NCBI GenBank assembly: GCA_964601215.1
Contig: CAZRMN010000001.1
Coordinates: forward strand, 334-64,333
Source of the DNA: an uncultured archaeon
GTDB taxonomy: Archaea; Aenigmatarchaeota; Aenigmatarchaeia; CG10238-14; SCSR01
Length of the DNA stretch: 64,000 bases
Direction: 5' to 3'
The position numbers and the translations under genes were made by a program. A model generated the notes under the pieces. That model was not told the DNA's origin, did no database searches, and saw nothing but the letters and a program-made list of their open reading frames with translations. Below are positions 56,796-64,000 of the stretch, piece after piece; position 1 is the first letter of the stretch; the number at the start of each line of letters is the position of its first letter.

Positions 56796-59700
56796 TTACA
56801 TTTTTTGATATATCCCAGGACGAGGTTCGAATAAATCGCCTTTATTCTTAAGTTCATTCAGTATTTTTTCTATATCATATTCTTTTAACCCTCTACTTTT
56901 AGCAAGCTTAACTATTTCCTCTTTGGGAATGTTTTTTCCTAGAGTATTCACTAACTCTTCAATTACATCCAGCATTATTCTAATTTTCCCCCTTTGAGAA
57001 GCAGTTATGTGTCCTTCTGCTCTATCAATATCTATTTTTCCAGTTTCTGGATCAAAACCAAATTGTCTTAAAGAAGCTTTCATTAGTTTTATCGCTCTCA
57101 AAGCATCTTCCTTTGTTACTTTATCCCTAAGCTGAACTTTAGCTGAAGCCTCAGCAAGTCTTATTAATGCTTCATACTGCCTTAAGGTTATAGGAACTGG
57201 TGCTTCTTCTGAAGTAACCTTTTCTCTCAACTTTACAAAAAATTCTTTTATTGTATCTCCTGCCTCTCTTGTTAATTTAGGATGGCAATTTTTCCTTGCA
57301 TAAGCGATATATTTTTTAAGAAACTCTGGCTCGATAGCTGGTTTAATTTCCTCTTCAGCAAAATGTCTTGCTCTTAAAATGTGTTCAGCAATTTTTTCAT
57401 CTAACTCAGGATTTGGTATATCCCTCAAGGCAAACTTTAAATCAAACCTTGCTAGTAGAGTGTCTGGAATGTCAATTTGTTCTTTTATTGGTAAATATGG
57501 ATCAAACCTTCCTAATTTTGGATTTCCACCTGCTAAGATTGCTGTTTGAGCCGGCAAAGTTGCAACTATGTTTGCTTTAGCTATTGAAATCGTATTCTGT
57601 TCCATTGCTTCATGCAAAGCAATTTGATCGCTCTTATCTATTTTTTCAAATTCATCTATACAAATTAAGCTTTTATTGCACATCACTAAAGCTCCAGCTT
57701 CTAAAACCCATCCTCCCAAGAATTCTTCATCTCTTACTACAGTAGCAGTAAGACCGGCACCTGTTACTCCTTTCCCAGATACATATCTTCCACGAGGGAT
57801 TAAAGTAGAAACTACTTTCATCAAAACACTTTTTGCTGTGTTGTGACAAACTATTCCATTTGCTACAAACTTATGGTAAATAGGAACCTCTATATCATAA
57901 ACTGTTTGCGGAGGATGATAAACAATTTCAACAACTTTTTCCCATCTTTTATTTTTCCTCCTTTTTTTTAATTTTTTCACTTTTTCAAGAAGTCGTTTTA
58001 GTTTTCTTCTTTTTTTTCTGCAGTTAAAACCAATTGATTTTGCAAACTTAGCTATTGAATTAGCTTGTCTTATCATCAAATTGTTTCCATATATTCTAGA
58101 GTGAATACCAAACCTTAAAAGTAAAATTTGTATATCTCTTAATAATTCAATATCCTTAGCTTTATAAAGTATACCATTTTTTCCTCTTCCTTCTGCTATT
58201 ACTGATCCGTCTCCATCATATAACCAAGAAAGAAAAGATGCAACAACTGAATTTTTCGAACAAAGTATTAAGTCAGGTACTCTTTTAATTTTTAAAAATT
58301 GCAACAGTTTTGCAAGATTTACAGAATTAAATACCATTTCAACATTAATTCCGAACTTTTCTTTTTTATGTTCAAAGCTTGGTTTTAAGCCAAATACTTC
58401 AAAAAATAGTTTTTCCATCTTTGGCAAAAGGTCTAGTTCGTTGTAATTAAATACACATCCTACTTTATATTTAGTAACGTAACCATCTGCTAAAAGATAC
58501 CCTAAAATACTTGCAAGCTTTTCATCTACTACTTGTGGGATTTTAATTTTTTTACTTTGCTTAGCAGGGTTTTCTAATTTCCAGCCTGTTTTTACATACT
58601 TATGAATACTGCATGGTATCCAATTGATTACTCTTACTTCGTCTCCAATTTTTATCTCATCCAAGCGTTTCCATTTTTTCGGTTTTTGTTTCCCAAAACT
58701 CGTTTTTACATCTTCTTTTACAAGTAAGGGTTGATTAAATGTACCTTTTATACTTTTTCCACTTTCTGTAATTATTTCGATCACTGGATGAAATTCATAT
58801 TTGTGAAAAACTTTTGCAATACCTCTTTTATACCCTTCTGCTAAATAAACTGGGATATTAATTTTTTGTAAATGTGAAGAACCCAAAGAGGAAATTTTAA
58901 CTATGCTACCATTTCCCAATATGACTCTTTCATCCCCCACAAGACAACTGGGATCTCCTACCAAAAGAATATGAATATCTCCTCTAACTCTAGATTTGTC
59001 TTTTTGTATGTGCATTTCTCCTCCAAAAAGTTGTAAAACAATTGCTTCCTTGATTTCATCTAGACCATAAAGGGCTGGAGCGATGGAGGCAACTAATTTA
59101 TCATAAACGTTTGGGTCTCTAGCTAGCTCTAAAATCTTTTTTTCATCTTCAGGGGTTATTTCTAATTCTTCCCATTCTACTTCTATGCTTTCCACAGAAT
59201 TGGCATCAATATAAATTTCCATTTGTCTTGACCTGGTTCCCCTCACTCTTCTAGGCATTTGCTTTAGTATCCCAACAACTTTTATTCTATTACCAGGGTC
59301 GGTTTTATTCTGCATTTTAGGTGTAGTTAAATCTTCCTTTAAAAAAACCATTATTTCAGAGGGTCTTTCACCGCTAGTGATTTCAAAGGGCTCTTCTATT
59401 GCAATCCATCTTGCATCGTAAAGTTTTTGGTCTATGAGTTTGAATTTTTTTCTATTTCCACAATCGCATTCTGTAGGAGGTCTTATAACTCTTTCTGTTT
59501 GGATTACAGAAATGTGCTTTCCACAAGAAGGACACAAAAATATCGCTTCTGAAACTTCTGGTCTAATCTCGCTAGCTCTTTTAACTATTCCATCAACTGA
59601 AATAAGCTTACCTATGTGTTCGGCTCTAATATTCCTTATCCTTATTTGCCTGCTTTCTGGAAGGTTGAAAATCCTTATTTTAATTTTTGGCTCTCCTGGC

Positions 59701-59912
59701 AAGTCTATTTGCTTGATCGCTTCTTCAGCCAAGCTTAAAATTTCTTCTGGGTTTTCGAGTAGCAAATCAGCAAGCTCTGTATCAAACTTATCTAAGATAG
59801 AAAAATCCACAAGAATTGACTTTTTACCCTCATTTACTGCCAAGAGTAAATCATTATAATACTCTTCTGAAAGAAATTCAACAAACTTATCTATAATTTC
59901 CTCTTTTTTCAT
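56796..59912 (-). CDS. mcm: MCM replicative helicase containing an intein
   Basis: GDPS|TAKS Walker A, GLTA, LEAGALV, IDEFEK, ARFDL, TLRQ. Confidence 0.96.
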   Translation of the reverse strand: MKKEEIIDKFVEFLSEEYYNDLLLAVNEGKKSILVDFSILDKFDTELADLLLENPEEILSLAEEAIKQIDLPGEPKIKIRIFNLPESRQIRIRNIRAEHIGKLISVDGIVKRASEIRPEVSEAIFLCPSCGKHISVIQTERVIRPPTECDCGNRKKFKLIDQKLYDARWIAIEEPFEITSGERPSEIMVFLKEDLTTPKMQNKTDPGNRIKVVGILKQMPRRVRGTRSRQMEIYIDANSVESIEVEWEELEITPEDEKKILELARDPNVYDKLVASIAPALYGLDEIKEAIVLQLFGGEMHIQKDKSRVRGDIHILLVGDPSCLVGDERVILGNGSIVKISSLGSSHLQKINIPVYLAEGYKRGIAKVFHKYEFHPVIEIITESGKSIKGTFNQPLLVKEDVKTSFGKQKPKKWKRLDEIKIGDEVRVINWIPCSIHKYVKTGWKLENPAKQSKKIKIPQVVDEKLASILGYLLADGYVTKYKVGCVFNYNELDLLPKMEKLFFEVFGLKPSFEHKKEKFGINVEMVFNSVNLAKLLQFLKIKRVPDLILCSKNSVVASFLSWLYDGDGSVIAEGRGKNGILYKAKDIELLRDIQILLLRFGIHSRIYGNNLMIRQANSIAKFAKSIGFNCRKKRRKLKRLLEKVKKLKKRRKNKRWEKVVEIVYHPPQTVYDIEVPIYHKFVANGIVCHNTAKSVLMKVVSTLIPRGRYVSGKGVTGAGLTATVVRDEEFLGGWVLEAGALVMCNKSLICIDEFEKIDKSDQIALHEAMEQNTISIAKANIVATLPAQTAILAGGNPKLGRFDPYLPIKEQIDIPDTLLARFDLKFALRDIPNPELDEKIAEHILRARHFAEEEIKPAIEPEFLKKYIAYARKNCHPKLTREAGDTIKEFFVKLREKVTSEEAPVPITLRQYEALIRLAEASAKVQLRDKVTKEDALRAIKLMKASLRQFGFDPETGKIDIDRAEGHITASQRGKIRIMLDVIEELVNTLGKNIPKEEIVKLAKSRGLKEYDIEKILNELKNKGDLFEPRPGIYQKM
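57840..58946 (-). mobile_element. Intein (369 aa) with LAGLIDADG-type endonuclease in the MCM P-loop
   Basis: Starts CLVGD, ends VCHN before Thr; LGYLLADG and LSWLYDGDG blocks. Confidence 0.93.
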
Positions 59913-59982
59913 GCATTTCTTTTATTATTCTCAGTTTTTTTAAATGTTTCTAATTATTGAAAGCTTTCGGAAATCTTTCTGA

Positions 59983-60531
59983 CTAGAGCAAAGCTTTGAT
60001 ATCTTTCAACTTCTTGGAAACTTTTTTTACTGCTGTGTTTACATCTTTTATGTCTCTTGCTCCTGTGCAGACTATTTTTCCTGAACCAAAAAGTAAGAAT
60101 GCAACTTTTGGGTCATCCATTCTATAAACTAATCCTGGAAACTGTTCGGGTTCATACTCCGAATTTTCTAGGTTAAAAGCTATTGTATCCAAGTTTAAGC
60201 TAGAAGGTAATTTTGCAGAAGCAACTATATTTTCCACCTGAATTTTAAAGTTTTTAGGAACTTTTACTCCAGATTTTTCAATTACTTTTCTTATTTTTTT
60301 AAACACTTTGTTCACATCTTCAACACTTCTTGCTCCTGTACAGACTATTTTTCCTGAACTGAAGATAAGTGCTGCAGCTTTTGGAGTTTTAATTCTATAA
60401 ACTAATCCTGGAAATTGTTCGGGTTCATACTCCATTCCTTCCATTTTAGAAACAATCTTTTCAAGAGGAATTTCAATCCCAAGGGAAGCAGAAGCAACTA
60501 TATTTTCTATTCTTATTTTAAAATCAGCCAT
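59983..60531 (-). CDS. tbp: TATA-box-binding protein
   Basis: Two repeats of ENIVASA..EYEPEQFPGLVYR..SGKIVCTGA. Confidence 0.97.
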   Translation of the reverse strand: MADFKIRIENIVASASLGIEIPLEKIVSKMEGMEYEPEQFPGLVYRIKTPKAAALIFSSGKIVCTGARSVEDVNKVFKKIRKVIEKSGVKVPKNFKIQVENIVASAKLPSSLNLDTIAFNLENSEYEPEQFPGLVYRMDDPKVAFLLFGSGKIVCTGARDIKDVNTAVKKVSKKLKDIKALL

Positions 60532-60588
60532 TGCATCACCTTATTTATATTTTTTTCGAAAAATATAAATAATAGTTTTTAATTTCTT

Positions 60589-61044
60589 TTAAAAGTATTT
60601 TTCAAGCTCCAGTAAGAAGGAGTTTAATTTTCCTATCGGTACAACCCAAGTTTTATTTTTCCTTAAGATATCTTCTTCTAGAAGAGTAACAATTAGAGGT
60701 TTGATCTTTGGTTTTTCGTCAAAAAAACTATTCTTTAAGAATTTTTTGAATTCTTCAGTTCTTTTCTCTTGCTCTTTTATAGCTTTTTTCAAATCACTTG
60801 TCTTGTATCTCCCACCTCTCCATTTTTTGCAATCTATACATAGAACTAAACTATTCCTCTTAGCTACTAAATCTATCTCATACTTTCTATCAGTTTTAAA
60901 CCTGAAATTTTTCATAACTTTAAACTCATGTACTTCAAAAATTTCTTTCACCACATTTTCAAATTCTTTCCATTCAATCCTTTCAAGAATTTCTTCTATA
61001 GTCTTCCCTTTCAGAATATCTTTTTTTATTTCTTCAAGTTTCAC
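60589..61044 (-). CDS. PD-(D/E)xK restriction-endonuclease-like protein (Mrr/NERD-like)
   Basis: W-x-x-FE, EIDLVA, IDCK-x-W. Confidence 0.75.
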   Translation of the reverse strand: MKLEEIKKDILKGKTIEEILERIEWKEFENVVKEIFEVHEFKVMKNFRFKTDRKYEIDLVAKRNSLVLCIDCKKWRGGRYKTSDLKKAIKEQEKRTEEFKKFLKNSFFDEKPKIKPLIVTLLEEDILRKNKTWVVPIGKLNSFLLELEKYF

Positions 61045-61052
61045 AATTATAT

Positions 61053-61433
61053 ATGAATTTTATTTATTTTTTATTCCATGGCTTTGTACATCTTTTTCTC
61101 ATTTTTTTGATTTTTCTTGTTTTTAGATTAGACTTTTTTCAAGTATTTTTAGTGTTTCTAGCTTCTGCTCTTGTTGACCTTGACCATATACCTTTAATAA
61201 AAAAGAAGGGTATTAAGCATTGGATAAAAGTTTGGAGTTCGCACTCTCCTCAAATTTATCCATTTCACAACTTTCTTTCTTTAATACTTTCTTTCCTACT
61301 TTCTTTCTTAGCTCTATTTCCTCAACTTTTTATTGTTGGTATTTGTTTTCTCTCTGTATTCCTACATTTATTCTGGGATTTTTTCGAAGATGTATTTATA
61401 TTAAAAATAGGAATTAAACATTGGAAGGTGTAG
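61053..61433 (+). CDS. Membrane-bound metal-dependent hydrolase-like protein (YdjM-like)
   Basis: H, DLDH, H and H-x-x-x-D motifs in TM context. Confidence 0.65.
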   Translation: MNFIYFLFHGFVHLFLIFLIFLVFRLDFFQVFLVFLASALVDLDHIPLIKKKGIKHWIKVWSSHSPQIYPFHNFLSLILSFLLSFLALFPQLFIVGICFLSVFLHLFWDFFEDVFILKIGIKHWKV

Positions 61434-61434
61434 T

Positions 61435-61902
61435 ATGGATTTAATTGCACACTTTGTTTTTGGAATTTGGTTAGCAAAAAAATTTCAAAATTTTTGGGCT
61501 ATTTTTTTAAGTTGTATTATAGATATAGACCATTTTTTTGGTTATATATATGACAAAAGAAAAAAACAAAGAATTGAAATTCCTTCCATACTTCATTTAG
61601 CTTATAGACCAAGGAGTTGGCTCCATAGCTTTACTGGAATTTTGATTCTATCTATTCCATTTTTGTTTTTCTTGCCACCAGATTTAGTGTTCATTTCTCT
61701 ACTTTCGCACCTTTTTTTTGACCTTTTAGATAAGAATGGGATATTTTTATTTCCTCCTCTACTGAACAAAAAAATTAGAGGTAGGTTACCAGTTGGCTAT
61801 TTGCCTGAAGACCCTAGATATTTAAAAGCTCATAAAAGGTCACACTTACCAAGCATTTTACTTATAATTTTTACTGGTATTTTATTATTTTATGGAATTT
61901 AG
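61435..61902 (+). CDS. Membrane-bound metal-dependent hydrolase-like protein (YdjM-like)
   Basis: AH, DIDH, R-x-x-x-HS, SH-x-x-x-D. Confidence 0.7.
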   Translation: MDLIAHFVFGIWLAKKFQNFWAIFLSCIIDIDHFFGYIYDKRKKQRIEIPSILHLAYRPRSWLHSFTGILILSIPFLFFLPPDLVFISLLSHLFFDLLDKNGIFLFPPLLNKKIRGRLPVGYLPEDPRYLKAHKRSHLPSILLIIFTGILLFYGI

Positions 61903-61904
61903 GG

Positions 61905-62681
61905 GTGATAGAAATCCTTATTTGTGGTTTAGATGAAGCAGGTCGAGGAGCACTCATAGGCCCGATGGTAATCTGTGGAGTAGTAATAGATAAAAAAGAT
62001 GAAAAAAAATTAAAAAAGATTGGAGTAAAGGATTCAAAAGCGTTAACTCCAAAAAAAAGAGAAATGTTAGCTAAAAAAATAGAAAAAATTGCTAAATCAG
62101 TAATTATAATGCGTATTCCAGCTTGTAAAATTTTTACTTATAGGAAAAAGTACAAGATGAAACTGGATGCTCTTGAAGCTTTAAAGATGGCTCAAATAAT
62201 AGATATCTGCAATGCTGATAAGGTTTATGTTGATTCTTTGGGTAATATAAACTCAAAAAAAGTTGGAAAATTTGAAAAGCTAATTAGAGAAAACTTGGAT
62301 AACAAAAAGATAAAACTAATAGTTGAAAATTATGCAGACGAAACTTATCCTATAGTTTCTGCTGCTTCGATAATTGCCAAAGTTGAGAGGGATAAAGCCA
62401 TAGAAGAGTTAAAAAAGAAAGTAAAATTTGATTTTGGCGTAGGTTATAGTCATGATGTAAGGAGCATTAAATTTTTAGAAAAGATTTTGAAGGAAAGTGA
62501 AGAACCTCCTTCTTACATAAGATGGCACTGGGATACTGTTGAAAGCGTAGCTACAAAACTTTTTGAGATGGGAGAAAAACTTCAGCCCTGGGTTTATGAA
62601 GAAATATTAGGCAAAAAATCTTGGCAGAAAAGAATAAAAGATTTCTTTAAGAAAAAAGAAAAGTGTAAAGAGGGAAAATAA
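61905..62681 (+). CDS. rnhB: Ribonuclease HII
   Basis: GLDEAGRG, DSK, VSAASIIAKV-x-RD. Confidence 0.95.
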   Translation: MIEILICGLDEAGRGALIGPMVICGVVIDKKDEKKLKKIGVKDSKALTPKKREMLAKKIEKIAKSVIIMRIPACKIFTYRKKYKMKLDALEALKMAQIIDICNADKVYVDSLGNINSKKVGKFEKLIRENLDNKKIKLIVENYADETYPIVSAASIIAKVERDKAIEELKKKVKFDFGVGYSHDVRSIKFLEKILKESEEPPSYIRWHWDTVESVATKLFEMGEKLQPWVYEEILGKKSWQKRIKDFFKKKEKCKEGK

Positions 62682-62929
62682 TGAAAATAGAAAAAATTGT
62701 GATTTTAGTATTTTTTGGGTTAGGAATAGTTTCTGGAATAATTTCAAACTTTTTTGTTAATTCTCAAAACTTTTTTTTATCAATAATAGTTCCTATAGTA
62801 ATTTATTTTGGTTGTTTAATACCCTTTAAAAATTTAATAAAAAAGAAAAAGTTTAAAATAATCCTAGATACTTTAATTACTTTTATTTTGTTCTGGTTGC
62901 TCGTTTGGTTTACTCTTTATGGGTTGTGA
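62681..62929 (+). CDS. Small three-TM membrane protein (EMC6-like)
   Basis: Three TM helices ending W-x-x-x-W-x-x-x-Y. Confidence 0.55.
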   Translation: MKIEKIVILVFFGLGIVSGIISNFFVNSQNFFLSIIVPIVIYFGCLIPFKNLIKKKKFKIILDTLITFILFWLLVWFTLYGL

Positions 62930-62930
62930 T

Positions 62931-64000
62931 ATGCTAAAAAGAACCCATTACACTAGCGAATTAGAAAAAGCAATCGGAAAAGAAGTAGTTTTATCTGGAT
63001 GGGTTTTTGATGTAAGAATTTTAGGAGGTATAAGTTTTATTCTTCTAAGAGATAAAGAAGGTGTGATTCAAGTAACTGCTCCAAAAGAAAAGGTTTCTAA
63101 AAAAACATTAGAAGTTTGTGAAAAATTGCACCAAGAAGATGTGATCTCTGTTAAAGGAAAAGTAGTGAAGAGTAAAATTTCAAAAAGGGGTATAGAAATA
63201 ATTCCTTCGGAAATTGAAATTATAAACAAAGCTTCTGTTCCTTTACCTCTAGACCCTAGACAAGTCACGAAAGCAAATTTAGACACAAGGCTAAACAATA
63301 GATTTTTAGATTTAAGAACAAGAGAATCTTGGGCAATTTTTAGGATTCAATCGAGAATTACAAAAGCATTTAGAGATTTTTTAACATCTCGAGGATATAT
63401 AGAAATTCAACCGCCATGCATAATTTCTTCTGCCAGTGAAGGAGGAGCTGAACTTTTCTCCTTACCATATTTTGAGAAAAAAGCTTTTTTAGCACAATCT
63501 CCCCAACTTTACAAACAAGTTTGTGCGCTAGCGTTTGAAAAAGTTTTCTGTGTAATGCCTGTTTTTAGGGCTGAAAAATTCGACCAACCTACGCATTTAA
63601 ATGAGATTAGACAAATGGATATTGAACAAGCTTTTGCTGATGATAAAGAAGTGATGAAAGTATTGGAAGAATGTTTTGTGTTTATACTTAAAGAAGTTGA
63701 GAAGAATTGCAAAAGAGAGTTAAAAGTTTTGAATCAAAAGATAAAAATACCAAAGTTACCATTAAAAAGGATAACTTATTCTGAAGCAATAGAATTACTC
63801 AAGAAAAATGGAGAAAAAATTGAATGGAGCGATGACTTTACAAAAACTCAAGAAAAATTGCTCACTAGCCTAGTCAAAAAAGATGCTTTTTTCATCGTAG
63901 ACTGGCCTTCAGAGCTTAAACCTTTTTATGCTATGCCAAACGAAAAAAATCCAAAAATTGTTAAGGCTTTTGATTTAATTTATAAAGGTTTGGAATTGGC
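62931..64000 (+). CDS. aspS: Aspartate--tRNA ligase, archaeal type (3' end outside window)
   Basis: Hand translation MLKRTHY..GWV..FILLRD, RFLDLR, SEGGAELF, LAQSPQLYKQ, FRAE. Confidence 0.93.
   Translation, partial: MLKRTHYTSELEKAIGKEVVLSGWVFDVRILGGISFILLRDKEGVIQVTAPKEKVSKKTLEVCEKLHQEDVISVKGKVVKSKISKRGIEIIPSEIEIINKASVPLPLDPRQVTKANLDTRLNNRFLDLRTRESWAIFRIQSRITKAFRDFLTSRGYIEIQPPCIISSASEGGAELFSLPYFEKKAFLAQSPQLYKQVCALAFEKVFCVMPVFRAEKFDQPTHLNEIRQMDIEQAFADDKEVMKVLEECFVFILKEVEKNCKRELKVLNQKIKIPKLPLKRITYSEAIELLKKNGEKIEWSDDFTKTQEKLLTSLVKKDAFFIVDWPSELKPFYAMPNEKNPKIVKAFDLIYKGLEL

Noticed and set aside
57840..58946. MCM intein as a novelty
   Set aside because: Canonical Cys...His-Asn/Thr intein at a well-known P-loop site.
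1..64000. CRISPR arrays, rRNA genes, transposases or integrases
   Set aside because: None seen by eye; the only tandem repeats noticed are coding (PT linker, Cys modules).

Overview
AT-rich archaeal chromosomal segment, most likely DPANN (Aenigmarchaeota-like; this assignment is inferred from gene content). Core genes include TBP, MCM with intein, RFC-S/L, aIF2-beta, RNAP subunit P, S19e/S26e/L37ae, GlyRS, AspRS, RNase HII and SepF. The window also has two type IV pilus loci, several large surface proteins and a small accessory island at about 4.4-11.4 kb. The most striking signal is an expanded use of bulge-helix-bulge (BHB) RNA splicing. (1) The tRNA-splicing ligase gene rtcB is itself broken by a 29-nt frameshifting insert that folds into a BHB whose canonical cut sites exactly restore the conserved GY|GFPIGG motif. 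(2) About 1.2 kb from the adjacent archease gene lies a stand-alone ~115-nt RNA, with its own promoter-like and terminator-like signals, closed by a perfect BHB and predicted to release an 87-nt circle. (3) tRNA-Pro(UGG) has a 13-nt intron inside the acceptor stem plus a decoy copy of the acceptor strand in its 5' leader. Other oddities: a pilus-ATPase intein ending in Gln-Asp, near-identical DNA between the two TBP repeats, and palindromes bracketing an AAA ATPase gene. Protein assignments come from motif recognition by eye, not database searches.
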